Origin: a virus
Taxonomy: Duplodnaviria; Heunggongvirae; Uroviricota; Caudoviricetes
Direction: 5' to 3' (one strand)
Length of the DNA stretch: 64,000 bases
Virus record (IMG/VR): IMGVR_UViG_2778261571_000004
In this document: positions 32,333-42,922 of the stretch, piece by piece
How the letters are laid out: every line of letters starts with the position of its first letter
Position numbering within the stretch: position 1 is the stretch's first letter
The notes under the pieces: model-generated
Databases searched by the model: none
The model's input: the letters and a program-made list of their open reading frames with translations, nothing else
What the model was told of the DNA's origin: nothing
Translations under genes and position numbers: made by a program

Positions 32333-34648
32333 TCAGATTTTGCAGGCTCCGTCGCACTCATCTTCTGGCTCGACGGCTACAGCTTGCGTCAGTGGATTCT
32401 GCGGTTCGTCGTCATCACGCTTTCCTGCCCCATCTCTGGTGTTGTGGTAGTAAAGCGTTTTAACTCCCATCTTGTAGGCGAGAAGCAAATCTGACAGTAG
32501 CGTCATCATTGGGACTTTATCGCCTTCAAAGCGAGAAGGGTCATAGTTGGTATTGGCTGAAATAGCCTGGTCAAAGAACTTCTGGATGATCGCCACCTTT
32601 GTCAGATAGCCGCGGTTGTCCGGCATATCCCACAGGTATTCATACTGTTCCTTCAGTTTTTCAAACTCAGGCACGACCATCTTAACGATGCCGTCCTTAG
32701 AAGATTTCACCGACACCGGGCCACGAGGCGGTTCGATGCCGTTGGTGGAATTAGTGATCTGGCTGGAAGTCTCGCATGGCATTTGTGCCGTCAGTGTGGA
32801 GTTGCGAAGGCCGTATTTTGCAATACGTTCACGCAGTTCTTCCCACGGCATCTTTAACTCAAAGTTGGTTTCGCCACTTTCGTCTAATGAAGAACGGTAA
32901 TGGTCGATCGGCAACTGACCAATTGCGTACTTGGTCTGCTCAAACCAGTCACACTCACCTTTTGCTTCAGCAAGTCGGCAGCTGGCATCAAGAAGGTAAT
33001 ACTGGATAGCTTCGAACGTTTCATGCACCAGTTTATTGCCAGCGGTATCAGAATAACGAACGCCATTCTTTGCCAGGTAATAAGCAAAGTTGGTTACACC
33101 AATTCCCAAGCTACGACGAGCTTTGGCAGGCACTTCGGCTGCCTCCATCGGATAGTCTTGATAATCCAGTAACGAATCCAGTGCAGCAACGGCATAGAAC
33201 GCCACCTCTTTAAGAGACTCCAGTGAACGGATGGCTCCGAGGTTAAAAGCGGATAAAGTGCATAGCGCGATCTCACCGTTCGGGTCGTCGGTAAATGCCA
33301 GTGGACGAGTGGGTAGAGTGATCTCCATGCACAGGTTTGACTGGCGGACAGGTGCAAGAGCAGGAATGAAAGCGCCATGCTCATTAATATGATCGACGTT
33401 CGCAATATAAATTCGGCCCGTGGACGCTCGTTCCTGCATCAGAGATGAGAACAGCTCAATGGCAGGTACTGACTTCTTGCGAATTGAATCATCGGCTTCG
33501 TATTTATGGTACAGCTTTTCAAACAGATCCTGGTCTGTGAAGAAGGCTTCGTACATATCAGGCACATCATGCGGGCTGAACAGAGTGATGTTCTCGCTTC
33601 TGACGAGTCGACGGTACATTAGACGGTTACTCATGACGCCGTAATCAAGATGGCGAACGCGGTTTTCATCAATACCACGGTTATTTTTCACCACCAGCAG
33701 ACTTTCAACTTCAAGATGCCAGATCGGGTAAAACGCTGTTGCTGCGCCACCACGAACACCACCTTGCGAGCAAGATTTAACAGCAGTCTGGAAATGCTTC
33801 AGGAATGGAATAACTCCGGTATGGGTGGCTTCACCATTGCGGATCTCACTGCCCAGCGCACGGATACGGCCAAAACCAATACCAATTCCAGCACGACGTG
33901 AAACGTAGTCGATAATTGCGGCTGAAGCTGCACTAATCCCTTTCAGACTATCGCCAGACTCAATCAGCACACAACTGGAGAACTGACGGGTTGGAGTACG
34001 GACGCCAGCCATGATTGGTGTGGGCAGAGACAGTTTGAACGTACTTGTAACGTCATAGAAACCTTTGACCATCTCCATACGTGTTTTGCCCGCGCAGTCG
34101 TCTTCCCAATTCTGGAACAGACACATGCCCACCAGCATATAGATATGTTGCGGGCCTTCGTGAATCTCACCAGTAACACGGTTTTGAACGAGGTATTTGC
34201 TTTGCAACTGCACCGTAGCTGCATAGCCAAAAAGATCGTCACGTTTCGGCTTAATGTAATTGCCGAGTTCTTCGATCTCTTCAAACGAATAATGTGTCAG
34301 CAAATCCTTGTCATAAACGCCCTTGTTAACGTTCTTGACAATGTGTTGGTAGAAGTTCGGATAGTCGTAACGACCGAAGGCATCTTTGCGGATTTTAAAA
34401 ATGTTCAGGCGGGCAGCCACCTGTGAGTAATTTGGTGCTTCTGGTGAGATCAAATCAGCGGCAGATTTAACCAAAGCCTCATGCAACTGGCTGGTGGTAA
34501 TCCCATCAAAAATGCTGGCCGCAGCTCCCATTGCTACAGCGGATGCGCTTACACCACGAATGCCTTCTACGCCATACATTACGACGCGGTTGTATTTTTC
34601 TTCGGATAACGGCTCTGTTTGGCCGTTACGTTTTACGATGCTTATCAT
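32333..34648 (-). CDS. nrdA: ribonucleotide reductase class Ia large subunit
   Basis: 771 aa; N-terminal ATP-cone-like segment, catalytic Cys/Glu blocks (NLCMEI), C-terminal redox Cys pair. Confidence 0.9.
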   Translation of the reverse strand: MISIVKRNGQTEPLSEEKYNRVVMYGVEGIRGVSASAVAMGAAASIFDGITTSQLHEALVKSAADLISPEAPNYSQVAARLNIFKIRKDAFGRYDYPNFYQHIVKNVNKGVYDKDLLTHYSFEEIEELGNYIKPKRDDLFGYAATVQLQSKYLVQNRVTGEIHEGPQHIYMLVGMCLFQNWEDDCAGKTRMEMVKGFYDVTSTFKLSLPTPIMAGVRTPTRQFSSCVLIESGDSLKGISAASAAIIDYVSRRAGIGIGFGRIRALGSEIRNGEATHTGVIPFLKHFQTAVKSCSQGGVRGGAATAFYPIWHLEVESLLVVKNNRGIDENRVRHLDYGVMSNRLMYRRLVRSENITLFSPHDVPDMYEAFFTDQDLFEKLYHKYEADDSIRKKSVPAIELFSSLMQERASTGRIYIANVDHINEHGAFIPALAPVRQSNLCMEITLPTRPLAFTDDPNGEIALCTLSAFNLGAIRSLESLKEVAFYAVAALDSLLDYQDYPMEAAEVPAKARRSLGIGVTNFAYYLAKNGVRYSDTAGNKLVHETFEAIQYYLLDASCRLAEAKGECDWFEQTKYAIGQLPIDHYRSSLDESGETNFELKMPWEELRERIAKYGLRNSTLTAQMPCETSSQITNSTNGIEPPRGPVSVKSSKDGIVKMVVPEFEKLKEQYEYLWDMPDNRGYLTKVAIIQKFFDQAISANTNYDPSRFEGDKVPMMTLLSDLLLAYKMGVKTLYYHNTRDGAGKRDDDEPQNPLTQAVAVEPEDECDGACKI

Positions 34649-34695
34649 GTATCACCAAATAAAGAGGGCCACTAAATATAGTGGCCCATGTTAAT

Positions 34696-34715
34696 AGATA
34701 AGTACTTACCTATCA
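34696..34715 (-). promoter_or_regulatory. motif-2 palindrome (GATAGGTAAGTACTTATC) upstream of nrdA, approximate
   Basis: Followed in transcript sense by hairpin gggccact..agtggccc. Confidence 0.4.
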
Positions 34716-34721
34716 ATGAAA

Positions 34722-35291
34722 TCAAATGAGAGACTTAAGAACATCGCGCACCTGGCGGAACTGATCTGTTTGCATACCGGTATGGATGGCAGCCACCGCA
34801 TCAGCCAAATGTTCGTTTTTGTTCACGAGAACATCCTGTCCAGATTGCTTACGACGCAGCCACGGTGCTTTAGGGTGTTTTTTCGTAGCCCACTGGATAA
34901 TCTCTTCTTTCGATGTAGTAAGTTTATTGCCGACAAAATGCTTGATTTCGTTTGGAGTAACCTGGATCAATGGCTTATCCACACACGCAAGTACACCGAT
35001 ACAAATACCGTAAGACGTCTGCGAACGAGAGTTTTGGCTCCCAACCGGTAGCTCACAAAAAACCATATTTGCCTTATCAATGATTGGCTTCGCAACACGC
35101 CATATTTCACTGGCGCGGCGCAGATCGTCACTGTTCACACGAACGGTCTTTTTGTTACTCCCCGCTTTAGTCTCAACAAGAGTAAGGCCGTGAATCTCAA
35201 GTTCGTCCGTTTCAAGGTCTAAAGTGCCCACAGCAAGCCCAAAGTTGCTCATAGAGGGATCAACACCAACTACGCTGATTTTTTTACTCAT
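34722..35291 (-). CDS. RuvC-like Holliday-junction resolvase (tentative)
   Basis: N-terminal VVGVDPS and later acidic residues in RuvC-like spacing; AAGGAGA SD. Confidence 0.5.
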   Translation of the reverse strand: MSKKISVVGVDPSMSNFGLAVGTLDLETDELEIHGLTLVETKAGSNKKTVRVNSDDLRRASEIWRVAKPIIDKANMVFCELPVGSQNSRSQTSYGICIGVLACVDKPLIQVTPNEIKHFVGNKLTTSKEEIIQWATKKHPKAPWLRRKQSGQDVLVNKNEHLADAVAAIHTGMQTDQFRQVRDVLKSLI

Positions 35292-35300
35292 ATAGTCTCC

Positions 35301-36044
35301 TTACCATGTTCCCCATATAGGGTTTTCCAATAATCTCGCCTCCAACGAATTGGCTACTATTGCCGTTTGCAACGTTGGTTGGGGATAGTTTGCAAAGTCT
35401 GAATACTCATTTTCCTGCGTGACACGTTTATCTGCGGCATGTTTAACACCACTTGCTATGAAATGACGCATGATGCCCAACAGCCTCCGACTGTCTGCAC
35501 TATCGTTTGCTAAAACATGAGGGAGCTGAAGTTCGATTTCTACCATTTCTCCATACTTACCAACAAACTGTAGTTTGTCCGCACTGTACTTTTTATCCCT
35601 CCTTTGGATAAGGAAACCAGTAAAAGCATCACCTGGCGATGCCAAACTATCCACCCGCTTATTGGCAAGTCGAATAAGGTTCGTGAAAGCCATACAGAGA
35701 TGCGCATCCATTGCCCCAAAGAACCCTTCGCTATCAATGTTAAGATCTTCAGTTTCATGGGTTGCGATAAACCCAGGCCCGACGTTGGGGAGATATCCCC
35801 CCTCAACAAAAGGATTAATCAGGATCGGCGCAATACATCCAGGTGGTAGTGATTTCAAACTTTGCATCAATGGTGTCTCGGATATTAGACCAAGCAACGC
35901 GGCGAATTGTACTCCGTCAATATTGTTGCTGCCCCACAGAATACGTGGAGCCGCACCATTGGAAGTATGCCCATTGATCAGTTTTATCGACTGCATCACT
36001 GCAAATACCTGCAAAAACTGCGAGCGGCTTAATTTAAACGACAT
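35301..36044 (-). CDS. hypothetical protein
   Basis: 247-aa ORF overlapping stop of sbcC-like gene. Confidence 0.5.
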   Translation of the reverse strand: MSFKLSRSQFLQVFAVMQSIKLINGHTSNGAAPRILWGSNNIDGVQFAALLGLISETPLMQSLKSLPPGCIAPILINPFVEGGYLPNVGPGFIATHETEDLNIDSEGFFGAMDAHLCMAFTNLIRLANKRVDSLASPGDAFTGFLIQRRDKKYSADKLQFVGKYGEMVEIELQLPHVLANDSADSRRLLGIMRHFIASGVKHAADKRVTQENEYSDFANYPQPTLQTAIVANSLEARLLENPIWGTW

Positions 36045-37950
36045 AGCTGCGCCCCTCTTTAACTTCCAGCGTAATAGTTTCCCGGAACCATGACTTCATC
36101 TCTTTATGGGAGATAATCAGCACAGTACCTCGCTCGCGAGCTTTGGACTCCAGAATACCCATGAGGCGTTCAAGACCGGCTGTATCGAGTGCATCGTCAA
36201 TTTCGTCGCCGATAAACAAATCGATGTTTTTACTCGCCCGGTTACTAACCAGATCCTGCAATGCCAAAGAACACGCAATGCGAACCTTCCGCTTCTCACC
36301 ACCAGAGAGGGTTTGGAACGACTTACTTGAACCTTTCTTCTGCACACTAATGTTGAATTTGTCGCGATACTCACCTTTTTTAGTGGTATCCATCGTCGAC
36401 CACTCAGCAGTAATATTCCCGTCAGACAACGTATTGAGATACTCGGCAGTGCGTGTATTCAGGAAAGGCGTAACAGACGTCAAAATATGAGAACGCACCC
36501 CGGCAGGAGAGTAGACCTGACGAGCTTTTTCCAATAGCAACGTTTGTTCCTGAATAGCCTTCAACTCATCTTTTAAGGACTTGAAGGTAGACTTACTGGA
36601 TACCAAGTTATCTTCGTGTCTGGCGATAAGAGCAATAAACGGATTAATCTCTTTTGATATACGATCGACCTCAGTACGAGCACGAGTCACAAGAGACTCA
36701 ATAGCAACAACCTCCTTCTCACGATGACGCAAAGATGAGAGTTGTTTCGTAAGCTCTTCAATCCGGGCAATGATAGCCGTTACATCAGGTGTCGTTTTAA
36801 CAAGGGCAGACTCAATGCTTAACGCTTTCTCAAGATTCGTTTTGTGTTTAGCCATTGCCTCTGCAAGTGTCTTCGCCTGACCAATTTCCTGACGTGCTTG
36901 TTCAATGAAATTCTCCTTCACCGTTGATAGATCTTCTTCGCAGTAGGCTTTGCCACAAGTAGGGCATGGTGATCCCACTTTAGTACCAACCTCTTCTGCT
37001 TTGGTCTTAAAATTACGCGCGCGGTTCATTGCATCAGCCTGACTATTTTCTGTAGCTTTGATGCTTGCCCGAATATCAGTTATCGCACCACGAACTTTGA
37101 GCAACTTGGCGTCATGTTCTTCTTTTGAGGCTAACTTTTTGCGCTCACTTTCGATTGCCTTCTCGGTATCACGTATCTGTTCGGGAAGAGTGCGGATCTC
37201 AAGTTCAACTTCCGTTAACTCAACTTCGGCACTGGCCAGCCCAGCCAGGGCATCGTCATAACGTTTAGAACGCTCTTGCTCCCATGATTCAGAGGAGGCT
37301 TTCGCTGACTCAATTTCTGACTGTGTTGCCTCAATGGTCGAGATTGTCGACTCCAATTTGGTTTTAACCACATCCATACGTGCGGCAGCTGCATTAGCTC
37401 GCTCACGAGCAATAGCGTAGGCGCGTGTCAGTCTGTCAACGCCAGCGGCTTCTTCTACGATGGTTTTGAGGTTTTTGTCGGACATTCCAGGTAAATCTGG
37501 CATAGCTTCTTGGCTCGCATAGATGGAAGCCATGAAAACCTCTTTAGATGCACCGATCAGACGCTCGACGAACTCCTGCGTCAGCGCATCTTTGCCTTTC
37601 GTCATATCGCCATCTTCACCACGAACGATAAGACGATTTTTGAACTCTTTGTGTTTACGGTGACGAATGATTGCGTATCTCTTGCCTTCATCCTCGATGG
37701 TTACTGCAACACGACAGTTCTTTTCATGGTCGGTAGACAACACATCGTCACCCTTCACACCATGAGCTGTTTCGCCATAAAGACACCACATCAGGCTATT
37801 CATTAGAGTTGACTTTCCAGAGCCATTACTTGATGCGGAACTATCATCACTATTAACACCCTGAATGAGCACTAAACCACGCTGATCTAACTCGACCTCC
37901 GCGCTGGCGATAGCCATAAAATTCTCAACCTGGAGCTTTAAAAACTTCAT
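36034..37950 (-). CDS. SbcC/Rad50-like ATPase (phage gp46-like)
   Basis: Walker A GSGKST, long coiled coil, central CPTCG zinc hook, signature/D-loop at C-terminus. Confidence 0.8.
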   Translation of the reverse strand: MKFLKLQVENFMAIASAEVELDQRGLVLIQGVNSDDSSASSNGSGKSTLMNSLMWCLYGETAHGVKGDDVLSTDHEKNCRVAVTIEDEGKRYAIIRHRKHKEFKNRLIVRGEDGDMTKGKDALTQEFVERLIGASKEVFMASIYASQEAMPDLPGMSDKNLKTIVEEAAGVDRLTRAYAIARERANAAAARMDVVKTKLESTISTIEATQSEIESAKASSESWEQERSKRYDDALAGLASAEVELTEVELEIRTLPEQIRDTEKAIESERKKLASKEEHDAKLLKVRGAITDIRASIKATENSQADAMNRARNFKTKAEEVGTKVGSPCPTCGKAYCEEDLSTVKENFIEQARQEIGQAKTLAEAMAKHKTNLEKALSIESALVKTTPDVTAIIARIEELTKQLSSLRHREKEVVAIESLVTRARTEVDRISKEINPFIALIARHEDNLVSSKSTFKSLKDELKAIQEQTLLLEKARQVYSPAGVRSHILTSVTPFLNTRTAEYLNTLSDGNITAEWSTMDTTKKGEYRDKFNISVQKKGSSKSFQTLSGGEKRKVRIACSLALQDLVSNRASKNIDLFIGDEIDDALDTAGLERLMGILESKARERGTVLIISHKEMKSWFRETITLEVKEGRSYVV

Positions 37951-38225
37951 ATAACACCTCTGATACCGTGTGTTAGCTTTTGGCCTTCTTTCAATCTGAA
38001 CTCCGTATGCGCCGGGAAGGATCTGCGCCTCAATACGCCTTTTCTTGTTAACCTTCCAAGATAAAACGCTACGGGATTTCCTTGTGGCGGGTAGGGCTTG
38101 TGAAACATCACCGTCTGGCCTCGTTCAAGTCTTTTCATCGTGATGGCAAAGTCTCGAAAGCTCCCATAACGACTTTGCTTCACACTGCCTCCGAACTCTC
38201 CGCTTCGGTGAGGATTTCCTGACAC
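37947..38225 (-). CDS. small basic hypothetical protein (true start probably internal)
   Basis: Stop overlaps sbcC-like ATG (ATGA); 5' part overlaps sbcD-like gene. Confidence 0.3.
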   Translation of the reverse strand: MSGNPHRSGEFGGSVKQSRYGSFRDFAITMKRLERGQTVMFHKPYPPQGNPVAFYLGRLTRKGVLRRRSFPAHTEFRLKEGQKLTHGIRGVI

Positions 38226-39265
38226 AAAATATCCAATTTGCTCAGATCAAATCCGCCGTCAGTATCGTGGACAATCTTGCAATAAGCAGATACCGACTCT
38301 CCCAGGCTATCGATTTTGCTGGTTTCAGTTGTGCTGGCTGTCCCTTCCATCATTGATGACTTACGGATGAAGTTGCACACGACACCTTTTGCACCCATTG
38401 TTTTGAGGATGTTCTGGTACTTAATGCCTTCTTCATCGTTCTCAATTACGGCGCGGAAACGCACGTAGTTGCCGCGAATTTGGTCATCAGCAACATCATC
38501 TTCCAGGTTAATGAATTTAGGCGCACTGGTTTCGTAGTGACTGAAACTGCCGTCCGGGTTTACGATCATGTAGCCAGCCAGAGATCCAACATCTCCCCAA
38601 TTTTGATGAGTCAGTGCACCGACACTGATAACTCCAGGAATGACCTCTTTGTGGTTGTGGTAATGCCCACTAAGCACGAGACGAAAGCCGATATCCTTTA
38701 ACTCCTGCGCATCGATACCGACGTCAGGCATTGTTGGAATGGCTTTGTTAATGGATGTATGGATAACAACGTCATGATTATCACCTTCTACGCTCTTACG
38801 TAATGCTTTCAGATCGCTGATAAGCTCCGCATGATTGTTACGCCAGCTAATCAGGTGGACAGTCACATCACCAATTTTTATTGAGTGTGGGCGCTTGCCA
38901 CATACGATTACCACGCCGATAGAACTCAGCGATGCTGCTGCGTTGGCGCTATATACTGAATCGTTGGTTTCAAGATCGTGATTACCGGCCAGCATTACTA
39001 CTGTCAGATCAAGCTCGTTGATAATCCACTTGTACGTTTCAGTTACGTAATGCAAAACAGAAGGGGACACAGTTCCTCGGACGTGAAATGTATCACCGGC
39101 AACCAACATGTACTTACAACCGGCCTTCTTCATGGCGATGGCTGCTTCTTTCGTTGCTTCCAACTGTATTTCAAGTCTGGAGTTAAGCCCCTCAGCGTTC
39201 GTCGTGGAGAACGCATCCCATTTGTGGTAGTGGCAGTCAGAAATGACGCCGTATGGCAAAGTCAT
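38180..39265 (-). CDS. SbcD/Mre11-like nuclease (phage gp47-like)
   Basis: Calcineurin-like phosphoesterase motifs (DCHY, GDTFH, GNHD, GHYH). Confidence 0.8.
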   Translation of the reverse strand: MTLPYGVISDCHYHKWDAFSTTNAEGLNSRLEIQLEATKEAAIAMKKAGCKYMLVAGDTFHVRGTVSPSVLHYVTETYKWIINELDLTVVMLAGNHDLETNDSVYSANAAASLSSIGVVIVCGKRPHSIKIGDVTVHLISWRNNHAELISDLKALRKSVEGDNHDVVIHTSINKAIPTMPDVGIDAQELKDIGFRLVLSGHYHNHKEVIPGVISVGALTHQNWGDVGSLAGYMIVNPDGSFSHYETSAPKFINLEDDVADDQIRGNYVRFRAVIENDEEGIKYQNILKTMGAKGVVCNFIRKSSMMEGTASTTETSKIDSLGESVSAYCKIVHDTDGGFDLSKLDILCQEILTEAESSEAV

Positions 39266-39519
39266 GTGTTTTTCCTTTGTGGTTATTTTGATACAAATTC
39301 TAAGAGCAATGAGGAGGTAAACAACTATGCATAACGGTATGTTAGGAATGAAACGAGCGCCTTAATATACAAAATTTATAAGTAAGTATATACCTATTTA
39401 TCGTGGCGTAACTTTGCTTGTCTGTATGACTAAAAATAAGACAGGATCACTGTAGAACGCTATGAGAGCTATTTTGAGGGGGCGTAGATTCTATCTACGC
39501 CAATATACGATCTGGAGGG

Positions 39520-40164
39520 TTACAGCGCGTCAGTGGGCTTTTTACGCGCTGCGTTTATGCTTATGACGCCAGCTTTTGGACGTGGGTCAACAAGGTTAAG
39601 CTCTTCTTCGCTGTGGTATTCGAGGTCGAACTCACGTTTTACGTGTCTGATGTAGATTGCGGTGAGCAGGCTATCTTTGGTCAGAAAGTGTCCGTAGGAT
39701 TTGCGGATCACTTCTTCTACCTTCTCGATTTTCTCACCACCCATACAGAGATGATTAAACCGGCTGTGTTTCCGCAACATTTCGTCTACTGGGCCTGAGT
39801 AAACCTTGTCTACTTTCCCAAAACGGATGATTTTCCCTGTGTCTGCGGATACGAGGCAAATCAGCTTGTCTGGTGATAAACGATCTCGCCACGTCATACC
39901 TGAACGGAGTGTGTTGAAGTAGGGAGCATCCAATCCGATGATCGGTTTACGAAATGCGAGTAATGGAACGTACCTGATGCAACTGTTTAAATGAAAATTC
40001 ACACCAGCCTTATCAAGTTTAATTCTGGTTTCGTAGATCGGGCACTTCGCCGCTATACCGCAGATGTCACAAAGCAACTTCTGCTTATTCAGGTTGGAAT
40101 TTGATTCGATAGTGTAGGAGCCGTCTTCAAGACGACGAACCCAGCGCGTGCGTTTTAGATCCAT
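39520..40164 (-). CDS. hypothetical protein, divergent from rep
   Basis: 214-aa ORF. Confidence 0.5.
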   Translation of the reverse strand: MDLKRTRWVRRLEDGSYTIESNSNLNKQKLLCDICGIAAKCPIYETRIKLDKAGVNFHLNSCIRYVPLLAFRKPIIGLDAPYFNTLRSGMTWRDRLSPDKLICLVSADTGKIIRFGKVDKVYSGPVDEMLRKHSRFNHLCMGGEKIEKVEEVIRKSYGHFLTKDSLLTAIYIRHVKREFDLEYHSEEELNLVDPRPKAGVISINAARKKPTDAL

Positions 40165-40363
40165 ATGTCATTTTTCTGTGATTGTTAGCCGAGGCAACGA
40201 TAACCCACCAGGTGCGCCGAAGGTAGTAAATGCCTGTTTTAATTATTCACATATCCACAGGATAGATCCTAATAAAGAGATCCATAGATAGATCCTTGTA
40301 TAGATCAAATAAGATCCCCGATCGCTGTAAGCCGCGCCACGACTGGTCTGAAGCCATGTTCAT

Positions 40364-40467
40364 GTATGCTGCCAGCGGTAATTGATAGTCTGTCAACGGT
40401 TCGCCGTATGCTGCCAACTGTTTTTGGTATGCTGCCAGCGGCAAATCAAGTATGCTGTCAGCGGTTG
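40364..40467. repeat. iterons upstream of rep (about 5 copies of GTATGCTGYCAGCGGT-like 16-mer), approximate
   Basis: Direct repeats read in sequence. Confidence 0.7.
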
Positions 40468-40485
40468 AATGACAAAGGTGTCCAC

Positions 40486-41580
40486 ATGTCCACAAAAAAT
40501 AAAAAAGGTAAAAATAACAAAGAAGTAGAAGATAATCTCGACAACTTTGAAGAAGGCTCCCTTGAATTGTACACAGGGGAACTTGTCCCTAATAGCAACA
40601 ATACAGTCCAACCAATTGCGTTGATGCGGCTGGGGTTGTTCGTGCCCACGCTCAAGGGTACAAAATACAGCAAGCGTAACAAGCCAAATGAGATTGATGC
40701 TTCAAAGGAGCTTGTTCAGCTCGAAGTAGCCCGTTCTGAAGGCTATTCCGATATCAAGATAACCGGTCCTCGTCTCGACATGGATCATGATTTCAAAACG
40801 TGGGTGGGCGTTGTGCGTTCGCTGGCAGAATACGGCGAACCTAACGGTCGTGTCGAGTTAAGCATCACGAAATTTGCGAAGTTTTGTGGCTATCCATCGT
40901 CACAGATCCGCAAAACACTCCGCGACCGGCTTACAAACAGTCTTTTGAAGATCATGCGTACAACTCTGTCTTTCCAGAGAACGTATGAAGAAAAGAACGT
41001 CGACGGCTCTAACAAGATCTCGCTTCTGATGGTGCACCTCATCAATAGCGTGGACTACAACGAGCAGAAAGATACGGTGGTGTTCTATGCAGAACCGAAG
41101 CTGGCCGAACTATATCGCTTTGACCATAAGGTTCTTTTGCAGTTAAAGGTTATCAATAAGCTACCACGCAAAGAAACAGCACAGGCTCTGTACACCTTCA
41201 TCGAAAGTCTTCCAACCAAGCCTGCGCCGGTATCGCTTGCTCGATTGCGTGCGCGACTCAATTTGAGTAGCAGGAATGTCAGCTCGCAGAATCAGACTAT
41301 ACGCAACGGCTTAAAAGCTCTCCAAGATTTGGGTTATCTCGAATACAGCGAGATTAAGCGTGGGCGGTCGATCTATATCCAGATTCACAGCCGCAATCCA
41401 AAACTCAAAGTCGCACCGCCAAAACCTGAAGACATCGAACCCAAAAAACCAGATGAGAAAGCCGGGGAAATTGATGCCAAACAGAACATTATCAATAAGA
41501 TAACCGAACTTTCGCAGAATTTGACGCCTGAAAATATCAAGATGATTGAGATCCTTTCCAATAGTCTCAAACTGCTTTGA
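40486..41580 (+). CDS. replication initiator protein (iteron-binding Rep)
   Basis: Gene flanked on both sides by iteron arrays; AAGGTG SD before Met41 of the track ORF; basic protein. Confidence 0.65.
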   Translation: MSTKNKKGKNNKEVEDNLDNFEEGSLELYTGELVPNSNNTVQPIALMRLGLFVPTLKGTKYSKRNKPNEIDASKELVQLEVARSEGYSDIKITGPRLDMDHDFKTWVGVVRSLAEYGEPNGRVELSITKFAKFCGYPSSQIRKTLRDRLTNSLLKIMRTTLSFQRTYEEKNVDGSNKISLLMVHLINSVDYNEQKDTVVFYAEPKLAELYRFDHKVLLQLKVINKLPRKETAQALYTFIESLPTKPAPVSLARLRARLNLSSRNVSSQNQTIRNGLKALQDLGYLEYSEIKRGRSIYIQIHSRNPKLKVAPPKPEDIEPKKPDEKAGEIDAKQNIINKITELSQNLTPENIKMIEILSNSLKLL

Positions 41581-42112
41581 TATGCTGTCAGCGGTGAAAT
41601 GTATGCTATCAGCGGCTATTTTTCTGAAAAGTATGCTGTGAACGGTTAAAGATATGCTACCAGCGGTATAGTGAGATAAACGTATGCTGTGAGCGGTAAA
41701 TCATCTATCACCACTCAATGCTCTTTTATACCTCCCCAGTGGTTACTAACCTCGAAGAGTGCATTCCATATAGGTTTGCGCTCACTAACATTCTATTCCC
41801 ATTGCGCTGATTACTTGTAGTGAAAGGTATTTATTGCCTGCTGCTCCCTGATAGAACGTATGCTGTCAGCGGTGTTTTATTGAGGAATTTTTGTTTGGAT
41901 ATGCTATCAGCGGTAATTAATGGCATATGTCAGACCTTCGTATGCTGCCAGCGGTAATTTTGTTCTGGTTATACCCATACCGGTACACATTATTCATGCA
42001 ATGTCTTAAGTATGCTGTCAGCGGTAAAAAATCGAGTAAAGTATGCTGTGAGCGGTGAGATAGACTCTCGATATGCTATCAGCGGCAGTTGATTGTGTAT
42101 GCTGTCAGCGGT
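41581..42112. repeat. iterons downstream of rep (about 13 copies in two clusters separated by an AT-rich segment), approximate
   Basis: tatgctgtcagcggt and variants at about 41581, 41601, 41631, 41652, 41682, 41858, 41899, 41940, 42010, 42040, 42071, 42097. Confidence 0.7.
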
Positions 42113-42159
42113 GACGACTATGAAATATGACTGCGGAACGTGCCGCAGTCAGTTTGCAT

Positions 42160-42372
42160 TTAGTGTATTTTCTTCAACAGACCCCAAAGTGTTCCGGCTT
42201 TTGTAGTCAGTTTTCCTGTTTCTGGATCGTACATACGCCATTCACGCCGCTGGTGGACGATATACCCATCTTCACGTTCCAGACGCTCAAGAATGCCAGG
42301 CTGCTTGAAACCCTTAGCACGCCAGTATCCGCTTGTTTTCTCGATTTCCAGACCTGCCAGTGTTAATGCCAT
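42160..42372 (-). CDS. small hypothetical protein (70 aa)
   Basis: Start overlaps stop of upstream gene (TAATG). Confidence 0.4.
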   Translation of the reverse strand: MALTLAGLEIEKTSGYWRAKGFKQPGILERLEREDGYIVHQRREWRMYDPETGKLTTKAGTLWGLLKKIH

Positions 42373-42707
42373 TATCCAACCTCCTTGCAGTCATCGAAAA
42401 GGTAGCTTTGCTGAGAAGCGTGAACGCCATAGAAGCCCTTGTATTTGTTGTATACGAAGTGGTCTTCTCCGACGCCGGTTAATTTGCCATTACGATTTGT
42501 GAGATATGGGGATGACAATACTCGATCGTCACGCACAACATAGAACTGGTCGCCGCTGTCTACGACCATCGCTCCATATGGTGCTTTTATGACGTCGGTA
42601 AGAGCGCCATTCTTAACGTCGGCTACAGACATTTCACACTGATAAACAGTGGTGTCGGCCACAACGATCGAGGAAAGGAACAACAGAGCGAATGGGATGG
42701 CCTTCAT
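42372..42707 (-). CDS. predicted secreted protein (signal peptide)
   Basis: N-terminus MKAIPFALLFLSSIVVA. Confidence 0.5.
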   Translation of the reverse strand: MKAIPFALLFLSSIVVADTTVYQCEMSVADVKNGALTDVIKAPYGAMVVDSGDQFYVVRDDRVLSSPYLTNRNGKLTGVGEDHFVYNKYKGFYGVHASQQSYLFDDCKEVG

Positions 42708-42883
42708 GCTGCCACCTCTTTGATTACATCAAATGCTGAATTAAATACGAGCACGATAGCCAAAGCGTTTATGACTACGTCGTTCACCGGGGAAAAGACT
42801 TTACGAATGACACCAGTGAAAATGCAGTCGATGACAAAAGCTATTGAAACGATGAGTAACAAGTATTCAATAAAAATCTTCAT
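42704..42883 (-). CDS. small membrane protein (about 59 aa), approximate
   Basis: Hydrophobic product; stop overlaps ATG of 42372..42707 (ATGA); not in ORF track. Confidence 0.35.
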   Translation of the reverse strand: MKIFIEYLLLIVSIAFVIDCIFTGVIRKVFSPVNDVVINALAIVLVFNSAFDVIKEVAA

Positions 42884-42922
42884 GATAGGTAGATACTAAC
42901 TTATATAAATTTTACTGTAAAC

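Noticed and set aside
40364-42112. Possible CRISPR array (many short direct repeats)
   Set aside because: Repeats are 16-mers with variable 5-25-bp spacing, degenerate copies, flank a Rep gene on both sides and include an AT-rich segment: iterons, not repeat-spacer units.
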